Assembly (NCBI GenBank): GCA_036339465.1
Contig: JAYZAY010000068.1
Coordinates: 1-36,407 of the forward strand
Length of the DNA: 36,407 bases
Source of the DNA: Myxococcota bacterium
Lineage (GTDB): Bacteria > Myxococcota > XYA12-FULL-58-9 > JABJBS01
Direction of reading: 5' to 3'
Below are positions 18,968 through 28,238 of this stretch, piece after piece (the first letter of the stretch is position 1; every line of letters starts with the position of its first letter). The notes beneath the pieces are model-generated. The model had not been told where the DNA came from. It was given only the letters and a program-made list of their open reading frames with translations, and made no database searches. The position numbers and the translations under genes are program-made.

Positions 18968-19223
18968 TGTGCCGAAACCCTGTATTCTCCTTAAGTGTAG
19001 GGTATTTTCAACCTAAACAACAAGATCCCCAAACCGTATTACGACTACGAGACTCTATGGCTGACGAGAAACCAAAAAGAAAAAAGAAAAAGAAGAATGC
19101 GGAGGACCAACCCAAGAAAGAGAAACGCCCAACAGCCGCATCCATCGACGATGGTGGTAGTAAGGCAGCTGCGGGTGGAGGTTGGATCACCACTTTTGCG
19201 GATCTCATGTCCCTCCTTATGTG
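18792..19223. repeat. Perfect 29-bp inverted repeat pair (18792-18820 / 19195-19223) within the two divergent motB genes
   Basis: TTTGCGGATCTCATGTCCCTCCTTATGTG is present on the minus strand in motB1 and the plus strand in motB2. Confidence 0.9.
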
Positions 19224-19893
19224 CTTCTTCGTCATGATCCTATCCATGTCCACCATCTCCAAAGAGAAATTCAAAGCCATGCTCGAAGGCATGACCGAAG
19301 GCCTCAATATCAATCGCTCCACCATGGTCGTTCAGAAAGTAAACAACCAAGTTACCAAAATTCTAAAACAAAAAGTCCAAGAGCAAGAACAAACCTCTGT
19401 CGATATTGAGAAACTACGAAAGCTCCTAAGGCCCATAATCAAAGCCAAACAAATCGAGCTTGTGATCCGAGATCGCGTAATCGTTATTAGAATACTTCAA
19501 GGTGGATCCTTCAGGCCCGGTAAAGCAAAACTCAAACGCAGTTTCATGCCCGTCGCGAGAAGATTAAGAAAAGCACTGACCCAAATTGAAGGCTCCATTG
19601 CCGTCGCCGGTCATACAGATAACAGACCCATAAAATCGAGAAAGTTTCGATCCAACTGGGATTTGTCTGGGGCAAGAGCCTACTCTGTGATGCACGAATT
19701 ACTAAAGGAAAAATCAATTCCATCGAATCGGTTCGTTCTAAACGGCCAGGCAGAAACCCAACCCCTTCTCTCCAACAAAAAAGCCGCAGGAAGAGATAGG
19801 AATCGGCGGGTCGAAATAATCATCCAGCAAGATGACCTCGGATACCTCGAAAAAGATCACAAGAATCAGCCCAGCAAGACCAAATCCAAATAG
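19057..19893 (+). CDS. motB: Stator subunit B paralog 2 (PomB/MotB)
   Basis: WITTFADLMSLLMCFFV, GHTDNRPI, SNWDLSGARA, NRRVEIII. Start moved to ATG 19057 (MADEKPK) to avoid overlapping paralog 1. Confidence 0.92.
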   Translation: MADEKPKRKKKKKNAEDQPKKEKRPTAASIDDGGSKAAAGGGWITTFADLMSLLMCFFVMILSMSTISKEKFKAMLEGMTEGLNINRSTMVVQKVNNQVTKILKQKVQEQEQTSVDIEKLRKLLRPIIKAKQIELVIRDRVIVIRILQGGSFRPGKAKLKRSFMPVARRLRKALTQIEGSIAVAGHTDNRPIKSRKFRSNWDLSGARAYSVMHELLKEKSIPSNRFVLNGQAETQPLLSNKKAAGRDRNRRVEIIIQQDDLGYLEKDHKNQPSKTKSK

Positions 19894-20140
19894 AAGCAGT
19901 AAAAAATAACTTGCTCCAAACTTGGTCACAACGATTTAATGGAGGGGAAAGTACCCCGAAAGAAATGAATGAGAGGGGTTTTGCAATGCCACCAAGCTCA
20001 GGAACAAAAGTGGCAAAGCAAACCCGTGAATCTAGGGGTTGTCAGCCTCCACTCTGCGCAGTGGGAAAGACGTCCGAACCCTCTGACTGCCGCTGGTTGT
20101 CATAAGTGGGCACTGAGAAGTCACTATCTGGGGAGATGAA

Positions 20141-20839
20141 ATGGGTAAAATCTTAGTCGTAGACGACGACGCTACAATACAAGCTCTTGTTACACACGCA
20201 TTCAAATCCACCGGCCACAGTCTGACCCAAGTCCCCACCGGGCAAGATGCCTTGGATTCCATGGGAAAAACTGCCTTCGACCTGATCCTCTTAGACATCA
20301 ACCTTCCCGATATCCCAGGCCCTGAGATCCTACGCCGCATTCGAGAGGTAGACTCAAACACCCCCGCGGTACTACTAACAAGAGAACATTTATCCTCTAC
20401 CATTGGTCCCATGCTACAACTCGGAGTTAGTAGTTACATTCACAAACCCTTTACTCCGGGGCACTTAAGGGGACGTGTTTCTGCCATTCTCGACCGAAGC
20501 ATCTCGGCTGATACAGGGACCGAAACAGGATCAGATGAGTTACAGATGGAATGTGAGTTCGGCCACCTACTCAATAAAATGATCTCGACATTGAAAATCG
20601 AGGAAGCCGAAGCAAAGGCTCTTCTAAAAGAGCCCTATAAAGGGGTCTGGCCTTCCTGCAAAGATTGGGCACGCAAGCACCTCACGAGCACGACCAAACT
20701 CAGCGAAGTGCCCGAAGAACTGCTCCACTACTTCCAGTTTGAAAAATATGTCTCGGATTTGCAAGAACGGCATGAGCTCTTCGTGGTTGAGTACCATAAC
20801 GCTGTCCACATTTTCCATAGACCCAAGCCCACCCAATAA
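20141..20839 (+). CDS. Response regulator: N-terminal receiver fused to a C-terminal ArdA (antirestriction)-like domain
   Basis: ILVVDDD/LLDINLP/LLT/HKPF receiver; C-terminus EPYKGVWPSCKDWARKHL..EVPEELLHYFQFEKYVSDL..ELFVVEYHNAVHIF follows the ArdA C-terminal pattern. Confidence 0.85.
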   Translation: MGKILVVDDDATIQALVTHAFKSTGHSLTQVPTGQDALDSMGKTAFDLILLDINLPDIPGPEILRRIREVDSNTPAVLLTREHLSSTIGPMLQLGVSSYIHKPFTPGHLRGRVSAILDRSISADTGTETGSDELQMECEFGHLLNKMISTLKIEEAEAKALLKEPYKGVWPSCKDWARKHLTSTTKLSEVPEELLHYFQFEKYVSDLQERHELFVVEYHNAVHIFHRPKPTQ

Positions 20840-20880
20840 ACACGCCATATTCTCGATTTGATGCAGCGTGACCACCCCTG

Positions 20881-21174
20881 TTGGTGACTTTAATTGTGGA
20901 CGTAGGCACCGGTCTAATTATGAGTTGTCATGGAAGAGATCAATATCTCAATTTCGACCGAATCGATATACTCAGCCGCGATCAAATAGGAACCGAAAAT
21001 GCCACCTCCACCTCCCCCAAAGAAACCGATCACTCGGTTCTTTTGATCGAAGATGCGAATTCTCCCATGGAGAATGACAATGAAGACAACAATATTGGTG
21101 TTTTCAACAGGGCAAAAATGATTCGAAAAATGACGAGACACCCACCGATGAAGACCAATCATGAGCTAATTTGA
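20881..21174 (+). CDS. Hypothetical protein
   Basis: 97-aa ORF filling the gap after the regulator and converging on the kinase; no recognised motif. Confidence 0.35.
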   Translation: MVTLIVDVGTGLIMSCHGRDQYLNFDRIDILSRDQIGTENATSTSPKETDHSVLLIEDANSPMENDNEDNNIGVFNRAKMIRKMTRHPPMKTNHELI

Positions 21175-21196
21175 AGCCCAAAAAAAAAGTTTCAGA

Positions 21197-22000
21197 TCAC
21201 TTCCCCGGCAGGATTAGCTTTCGCTGAAAATCCAGAGCCAGTACATGGGTGAAAAATGTCTCGGCATTTTGATTCATCCATTCAATGATACGCTGGTAGT
21301 GCAGAAGAAATCGCGTTACCTGATTTCGGTCCATACCCGATGATGGAGCTGCGGCATCAGCCATCACATTTGATTTTTCTTGCTCCAAACGCCAACCCAC
21401 CACCGTTTCGAATGACGGCGACTTAAGGTAGACACTTGAGTGAAATCGGTTCCAATACTTTTCGTAACCATCAATCTGCTCGTTTACATATCGCCGCCAA
21501 AGACAATCGGCATCCTCTTCTGCCTCCATCGTGTTTCGAGCGATAACCAAACTTGACTCCGGTTGCACCAAAACCCCCAAACACCACCCTTCAACCAAAA
21601 TTACTTCCGGCCTCTGGCCCGTGACCCTGGTCGTGCCAACTCGGTCATCTTTTAACTTATCAAACTTTGGTTTTGCATAAACCCTTCCCTCTAATTCAGC
21701 TTCAACATGCTCAAATAGCAACGGCAATTCATGCGTGCCCGGCACACCTCTCACACCCAAAAGTGAATGAACCCCCTGGGCGAGCTTCAATCGCTCGGCC
21801 CTACACACATAATAATCATCCAAGGAAAAAATAACACAGCGCCGTTTCTGGGCTTTTAAGACCCTTTGAATATCCTGCGTCAAAGTTGATTTCCCTGACC
21901 CAGGTGCACCGGCAATTCCACAAACGATAGATTTCCCTTCACTTTCACCTTCTAAGGGAAATACCGTACTCATCACAAAATCCAGTAGGTCCATGTCCAT
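21197..22000 (-). CDS. P-loop kinase, D-glycerate 3-kinase (GLYK/Tda10)-like, PRK/uridine kinase superfamily
   Basis: GIAGAPGSGKST, FSLDDYY, RGVPGTH, PKFDK..DDR, LVEGWCLG, WRLEQE; AAGGAG RBS. Confidence 0.85.
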   Translation of the reverse strand: MDMDLLDFVMSTVFPLEGESEGKSIVCGIAGAPGSGKSTLTQDIQRVLKAQKRRCVIFSLDDYYVCRAERLKLAQGVHSLLGVRGVPGTHELPLLFEHVEAELEGRVYAKPKFDKLKDDRVGTTRVTGQRPEVILVEGWCLGVLVQPESSLVIARNTMEAEEDADCLWRRYVNEQIDGYEKYWNRFHSSVYLKSPSFETVVGWRLEQEKSNVMADAAAPSSGMDRNQVTRFLLHYQRIIEWMNQNAETFFTHVLALDFQRKLILPGK

Positions 22001-22102
22001 CAAACTCCTTACGCTTCCACTTCGAAATTACATAATATCAAAAAGAGCTTGCAAAATATTCCGTCAGGAGTAAGCAATTCTCTGAGTTCCTTGGGGGGGA
22101 GC

Positions 22103-23077
22103 ATGCCAACACAATTCCGAGCTCTAGTCGAGCTCGATTCGGAAATTGATATTATCAAATTCGATATTCTGGACGGATTACATCAAAGTCTAAAGTCGAT
22201 TCCAACAAAATTACTCTTCGACCATGATGCAATAAGATTGTGGAATCAACTGAGAACATCCCATGAACTATTTCCGTCCACCGCAGAGATGAACCTGCTC
22301 GATGAGCACATTGAGCCAATAGGAAACTTGATACCCGAAAACACCGCCTTAGTCGATTTTGGCTGCGGACGCGGTGAAATAGCCAAGAAGCTACTCGCCC
22401 ACACCGACACCATTGAAACCTATATTCCAATCGACGCTGCAAGTCAGGTGTTAATGGAAACAGTCAAGGATGTCACCGACCATCATTCAAACTTAGATAT
22501 CATTCCGGTCCATGCAGATTTTCAAAAACAGTTCTTTAAGCTTCCGCTCCCAAAAGAGAAAAATATCGTCGCTTTGTGCTCAAGCACCAGTATCGGGATG
22601 CTCAACACAACTCAACTCAAAGAATTTCTTCATCAAGTATTCGGTCGGTGCCACCCAAAAGGTGGACTCTTAGTTGGACTAGAACTCGAACCAGAAGAGA
22701 ACAAACGAGATCTCGTTTGTGAAGAGAAAGAGGGTCTTTGCCAAAAATTCGGACTTCATCTCTTAGAACGCATGAACAAAGAATTCGACATGAATTTTGC
22801 ACCAAACAAATTCAAATACAAGTTGAGTTACAATACAGGATTCAAACGGATAGAGATGCTTCTAGAAAGCTTAAAAGCTCAAAGCGTTGCTATTCTCGAT
22901 ACTGAAATCACCATTGATGTGGGTGAATGTATCAAAGTGAATGAGGTGCACACCCATAAGCCCAATTGTTTTCGCCTCTCATGTGAATCAATCGGATTCA
23001 AAAACCAATTGGAGTGTTACGACTCCAAAGGAATGACTACACTCCATTATTATACAGCCAGTATTAACCACTTGTGA
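22103..23077 (+). CDS. egtD: EgtD-like SAM-dependent methyltransferase (Methyltransf_33/DUF2260), divergent
   Basis: DILDGL..KSIPTKLLFD, LVDFGCG, YIPID, VHADF, STSIG, LLVGLE, FGLHLLERMNKEF, RIEMLLES. ATG 22103 follows GGGGGAG; the ORF is open from 22049. Confidence 0.75.
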   Translation: MPTQFRALVELDSEIDIIKFDILDGLHQSLKSIPTKLLFDHDAIRLWNQLRTSHELFPSTAEMNLLDEHIEPIGNLIPENTALVDFGCGRGEIAKKLLAHTDTIETYIPIDAASQVLMETVKDVTDHHSNLDIIPVHADFQKQFFKLPLPKEKNIVALCSSTSIGMLNTTQLKEFLHQVFGRCHPKGGLLVGLELEPEENKRDLVCEEKEGLCQKFGLHLLERMNKEFDMNFAPNKFKYKLSYNTGFKRIEMLLESLKAQSVAILDTEITIDVGECIKVNEVHTHKPNCFRLSCESIGFKNQLECYDSKGMTTLHYYTASINHL

Positions 23078-23199
23078 AAGTCAAAAAGCATGAAGAAACA
23101 TGAAGTTCCCAGGACCGTTGTCTCTGGGATTTCCCCACTCAAAAGCACTGAATAAAAAAAGACACTTCGGTCGAATAAACTGCCCTCACACCTACCCGT

Positions 23200-24700
23200 C
23201 CCTCCATAGGCATTTTAAATACCGAAGCAATCTCGATTGACAGGCAACCCGCGTCTAACCCAAAGGAAAGTCATACATAGAGCGTCACCGGGGGTAGCGT
23301 GTTCTAAGCCAAATAATCCAAGCAAAACGACCAAGCCGCCTAATCATGCCAAGTTTTGTGATTCGGTGAAATTGCCCGTTAAGCATGCTACTGCCTGGGG
23401 TTGACCTAGACCTAAAAACACGGTGATTAAAGCCATGGAAACGTCTATTGGGGTGCCGGTGCCACCGAAGAAATCTGCCTTCCCACCAACAGCGCCGCGA
23501 AAAACAGCGAAAATGCGGCGACTCTGCTTTCTCCAAGGAACGTTGGGTTAAAGCGCGCAGCCAAAACATACATTACGGGGCGGCTTGTCAACCACATCCA
23601 CATTCGCGAAGTTCTGGCTTGTCGCTGTGGCCAGAACTTCGGCACCATCAAACAGCTCCACAAAAATCACTGAGGCCCCAAAAGAGCCTCGTTCGAAGGC
23701 GCGCTACGGCCCGGCTGTAATGGCATTGATGGTCGTTAACCAATGCGCGGATTCCATTCAGGTGCACGGTATCAAAAAGAACTTTTCCCGAAGCGTCATT
23801 GCCTTTGCTCGAAGTACAATGAACACGCTTTTGCACTCCACAGTGGAAATAATGGCTTACATAAGCCGGCCTCTTCTTTAGTCAGCGGCCGCTTGTGAGA
23901 TGGTTCAAACCGATGAAATTCCATTTAGGGTTCTCACGAAACAAAAGGGCGACAAGGGTTATATTTGGATATCTAGATCTTTCTTGTGATGATGCTTCGG
24001 AGAATGCATATTTTATTGTTTATTCCTTATCGCTAAAGCCATGGTCGCATCGAAAATAGAGCAGCAGAGGTGCGCGACGGGACATCTAAAAAACCTGCCG
24101 TCGATTCTTAAAACAGTTACAACCGCGTCACCGACCCCGACGGTTCCAGCCGCGGCGGTTGTCTCGCCTAGGTGGGACAAAATCCTTCCACACAAAATGG
24201 TCCGACCTGATACCGGGCAAACAACCATGGACACTATCTTGGTTCTATCTCACATTAAAGCAGCAGCAAAGAAGGGCGGCATCGTTGGCATCAAAAGACA
24301 TCTCGAACTACGACAGTTTCTTCACGGTGAAATTCTCACCCGATTTCATACTTGGTTGCTTAAACGCGGATGTTTCATCCACCAAAGCTCCCCATTGGCA
24401 AAGCCATCCATTCTACCCTCTACCAATAGGAGACTCTAAATCGGTTCACAAAAGGTCCGAAAATCCCAGCGACTTCCCAACCGCTGGCAACCCCCGACTT
24501 AAAGTTACGTCACCTAAAATCCCGTTATTGTAATGTCCTTGCTCGGAGAATGTCCTAAGCGAAACGAATACACCATCATGAATCAACTTCCACTTTTAGA
24601 GTGTTGTAGGCAAAACAGGAAAATCACAAAACCCATGACAGTGGCCTGGCTCGTGAATTAAGCCCACTGAAAGAAGCGTTCATTACCCATTCATTTAATC
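23200..24700 (-). pseudogene. Probable decayed minus-strand gene(s), unidentified
   Basis: About 1.5 kb without a credible long ORF. One minus frame gives protein-like stretches broken by stops (e.g. AFERGSFGASVIFVELFDGAEVLATATSQNFANVDVVDKPP...GKADFFGGTGTP). Confidence 0.3.
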
Positions 24701-24750
24701 AATACGTTCTAGAAAAAGAGTCGCTATGGAAAAGAGATTCGCACACAAAT

Positions 24751-24774
24751 AAAAAAGGCTGCCCGAGGGCAGCC
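24751..24774 (-). terminator. Rho-independent terminator downstream of selU-pilZ
   Basis: GGCTGCC-CTCG-GGCAGCC hairpin followed by TTTTTT on the minus strand. Confidence 0.75.
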
Positions 24775-24912
24775 ATATTCTTTTTCGCAGTAACCAACCA
24801 CTATAAGATCTTACGTTCTAAACCCAAATGGTTCAAGTAAACTTTATATTTTCTATACTTTTCTAGTTTTTTAAAATGAAGCATTCTGGAACTTCGAATC
24901 CAACATCACAAA

Positions 24913-25587
24913 TTATCTGTCACGCTTGGCCCTCTCAGATGCAATAAGTTCCTCGAACAATGCCTCATCATCATAATAAAAACGGCTAATCTGAACACCA
25001 ACCCCGCGTTCAATCCCTTTTTCTCGAGCTATATGTTCATCGATAACGTAAACAACAGCTCCTTCTGCATGTAGGACAACCATCGGGCCCAAAAGATGCA
25101 CGGAAAATGGAATAACTTCGCGTAAAGAAAACTTATCCGCCGTCGGCAAGAAAATACCTCGGTGCTTCAAATTACGTTCGTACTCTTCCCAAAATCTAAC
25201 TTGGGACTCATAAGTAACAGTGAGGCGCTCCTTGAAACCACCCCGGCAGCTTTTAGACTCTGTTTCGGTAATAACTCCTTCTAAAAACTGTATATACGCC
25301 TGACTTCGTTCCAAAATTTGAACTCCCATCAAAAAAACAAACGTCAGGGTTTCTCGTTTCGCTTCTTGCCTACACCATCGAATTTCTCCCTTTAACTTTA
25401 TCTCACCAAACTCAGTAGGCACGAAAACATCTACCATCGATTTCGGTTTGAACCCCTTCTTTCCCCAAATAGCCAGCCCACCCGACGATAAGTCAACCGT
25501 AAACCCCTTCAATTTGATTCCGCCTGATTCACACCACACAGGTAGGCGACGAATAAATCGTTTATGTTCCCGATCTTTAACTGTCAT
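24913..25587 (-). CDS. Tandem PilZ-domain protein (c-di-GMP-binding PilZ plus TIGR02266-like domain)
   Basis: REHKRF (RxxxR), TVDLSSGG (DxSxxG), GEIRW, MGVQI; second domain FWEEYERNLKHRGIFLPT...AEGAVV...GVGVQ. Confidence 0.85.
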   Translation of the reverse strand: MTVKDREHKRFIRRLPVWCESGGIKLKGFTVDLSSGGLAIWGKKGFKPKSMVDVFVPTEFGEIKLKGEIRWCRQEAKRETLTFVFLMGVQILERSQAYIQFLEGVITETESKSCRGGFKERLTVTYESQVRFWEEYERNLKHRGIFLPTADKFSLREVIPFSVHLLGPMVVLHAEGAVVYVIDEHIAREKGIERGVGVQISRFYYDDEALFEELIASERAKRDR

Positions 25588-25691
25588 GACTCAGACTCTT
25601 GCATGGCAAAACTATTATAGAAACAATTACGAAAAAAACCCACAAAAAGTAAAACTGACTGACATCAACGACTCGTTGTTCCAGCGCGACA

Positions 25692-26756
25692 TCACCCACA
25701 CATCTGCGACTCAAATTCGCCCAATGAATCGGTTGCCAGCGCCACTGACTTCTCACAGAGAGAATCCAACGTTATTTCCTTAACCAATGCACCCTGAAAT
25801 TTTCTTAATGAATAGGTATAGGTGGGATCGTAGTGATGAGCCAATAAATCGGAAGTAAGCAATTCCCAATCACCGACATCGATCATCCCAAACCATTCCT
25901 CCAATCGAACCTGGCCATACCGCCGTACCAAGCCACCCAAACATTTCTTCAACGGTTCTGTATATTCGGTCCAAAACGGGTAGTCACGAATCAAGAATTC
26001 CGCTCGAACAGAAAGGGGTACGTCGATCTGCACTCGATAAGCACCGCACATACTTCTCCAAAATTCTGCGGGGCACCGTAACTTTCCAATCGCATTGCTT
26101 TCGGCCTCCACCCAAATCGGGCGATTAAGCTCAAAAGATCTAAGTTCCCTTTCCAATCTCGATTCAAACAACTTTTGGGAAGGCTGGCTCTGACCCAACT
26201 CTAACCCCAAAAGACTACCTCGATGTTTTGCAAAACCCTCGAGATCTATCACCTGATGCCCTTTTGTCTTGAGACCGCGGAGAATTCGGGTCTTCGCGCT
26301 CCCGGTATATCCAGTTAGAACAATCCATTTAAATTGTTTTGGCCAAACCTCTAAGGAACGGCGAACTGAAGAGCGAAAGCTCTTATAGCCCCCCTTTAAT
26401 AGAGTTGGGCGAAAGCCAATTTCCCCCAAGACCACAGCCAAACTTTTCGAACGACTTCCACCACGCCAACAATAAATTAAGGGACGGAAACCGCCATCAT
26501 AATCAACGACTCTAGTTTCAAGAATATTGGCAATATTTCTCGCAACCATGGCCGCACCGAGTTTCTTAGCTAGAAACGGAGCTTCATGTCGATAAATCCT
26601 TCCCACCCTCTGACGTTCCTCATTGGATAAGACAGGCCAGTTCATGGCCCCCGGTATATGATCGGCGTCATATTCATCGGGAGAGCGCACATCGACAATA
26701 TGGGTGTGATTCCCATCCGACGGTTCAGATACAACATCATATAAAGAAAGCATCAC
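25692..26756 (-). CDS. selU: tRNA 2-selenouridine(34) synthase
   Basis: Rhodanese VDVRSPDEY..DHIPGA, YCWRGGSRS, LKGGYK; P-loop GYTGSAKT; DLEGFAKHRGS; QPSQKLFE; EAES; HHYDP. Confidence 0.95.
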   Translation of the reverse strand: MMLSLYDVVSEPSDGNHTHIVDVRSPDEYDADHIPGAMNWPVLSNEERQRVGRIYRHEAPFLAKKLGAAMVARNIANILETRVVDYDGGFRPLIYCWRGGSRSKSLAVVLGEIGFRPTLLKGGYKSFRSSVRRSLEVWPKQFKWIVLTGYTGSAKTRILRGLKTKGHQVIDLEGFAKHRGSLLGLELGQSQPSQKLFESRLERELRSFELNRPIWVEAESNAIGKLRCPAEFWRSMCGAYRVQIDVPLSVRAEFLIRDYPFWTEYTEPLKKCLGGLVRRYGQVRLEEWFGMIDVGDWELLTSDLLAHHYDPTYTYSLRKFQGALVKEITLDSLCEKSVALATDSLGEFESQMCG

Positions 26757-26762
26757 GGCCCC

Positions 26763-28238
26763 TTAAGGCATCTCCCCAAAAACTCAAGTGAGAAGTGCAA
26801 GGATTAGCTCTGAGCTTCAATCAGGCCAGCCTTAAGGCAAAGTTACCCAACAAGAGGTGTTCCTCCCTAGATTCACCGTATTTATCGCCGCTTTTTGCCT
26901 TAAGAAAAAGCGCATAGATATCGCGATATTCGATCATTCCACTCAAAATCTGTAATTGCGGAATCACAAAAGATTTCACCAAAAAGGCCTGGCCGGTCTC
27001 GGTTAATGTAATCTAAACCGAGGTCCACCATGTTGTTGGGTGCTTTTCAAAAACTTCTTCGACAGACCCATGAAAACACTCAGCTTACCCTGTATAACTC
27101 ATCTCTCGGTTCGTCTGGGCTAATATCCCACGAAGACAAACCGTAGCAGAGCCGACTGAAAAGATCTGGGATCGAATACGCACAGCCCAGCTCAACTCTT
27201 CTCATTTCTCTGGCGATTCCATAAGAGCACCTACGACATTCATGAATTCACCCGCATCGTAAGCCAGACACACCTCCCTCAACCAAATCTCGATAACCAT
27301 CAAAGTAGGTAATCACCGAAACCACGCCAAAAGCCATTACTTCCACCACCGCCAATCCAAATGTCTCCTGATAGTTCTCTGAAGGTGAGAGAAAAAATGG
27401 GAGAAACAAATGGGAGAAACAAATGGGAGAAACAAATCAATGCATCCTTATCTTCGTCGCTGGTATTGAGATAAAAGAAGATATGAGATTCCGCTCCTTT
27501 AGCCAACCGCAACATTTCGAGACAACCAGGATTATCTACACCACCCAAAAGATGTAACTCACAACCAGGAAAAGATGAAAACTGCCGAATCAATGGCAGT
27601 AAATAACACTTCGTTTTCCAATCGAGCCTTCCAACATAAAACGCCTTCCAATTTCCAGGTTTCCTCAATGTAACATAGCCCTCCCCCCCCTTCCTCCGAG
27701 GAAGAAAACGAAACCAGTAAACGATATTTTATTAACTTCGGTTTCCGCGATGGCCCAACAAAAATTTGGATACCTTTAAAAAAAGGCGGTCCAATACATC
27801 GCTCGCACTTTGCGACGTACACAAGATTCCATCACCCTCAGCAACTCGCGACGTCAAGAGATCAAAAACCGCGCCGGTAAAGCGCCGGTAGCTCAAGCGA
27901 TGCGTTAAACCAAACACCGATGTTTGGGCGCCAAATTGATTCCATATTTTCACCCAAGCCGGAAAACCATGAACAAAATCGGAGCAAAAAATTGCATCAA
28001 TCTGCCCAGATTCAAATAACTTCACCAGATCCTTCGGACTCTTGATGTTTCGAAGCCTCATTTTTGAGGATATTTCACGAGCTTCAAAAACCTATTGAGA
28101 ACACATAACGAAGGTGTCCACATTAAACCTAACCGAGCAAAGGGAAAGTATCATGTTCAAATTCGCAACGCGTCACCCCTAATGGCCCGATTCATCTAGC
28201 GAAAACGAATCACCTAAGAGGATAGATTTTGCCCCCAA
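26763..28238 (-). pseudogene. Glycosyltransferase family 4 pseudogene
   Basis: Fragments in several frames: G*RVAN, FGLTHRLS, ILCTSQSA, YVGRLDWKTK, PSENYQETFGLAVVEVMAFG..FDGYRDLVEGGVSG. Several in-frame stops and at least 3 frameshifts; 3' end approximate. Confidence 0.85.
27395..27437 (+). repeat. 3 x 13-bp tandem repeat AAATGGGAGAAAC inside the GT4 pseudogene
   Basis: Units at 27395, 27408 and 27421, plus a partial AAAT. Confidence 0.9.

Noticed and set aside
18904..19056. N-terminal extension of motB2 given in the ORF track
   Set aside because: It overlaps the start of divergent motB1; ATG 19057 gives a tail comparable to the paralog.
17196..19893. Zorya (ZorAB) anti-phage system
   Set aside because: The A subunit is a normal-length PomA without the long ZorA tail, and there is no zorC/D/E nearby.
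19990..20140. Possible c-di-GMP-I or cobalamin riboswitch upstream of the REC-ArdA gene
   Set aside because: Only a GCAAACC fragment matches; the GNRA loop/GACGCAAAGC and cobalamin core motifs are absent. An Rfam scan would settle it.
26763..28238. Stop-codon recoding (selenocysteine or alternative code) suggested by proximity to selU
   Set aside because: Interruptions include TAG as well as TGA plus several frameshifts, and other genes end normally at TGA/TAG. Pseudogenisation is simpler.
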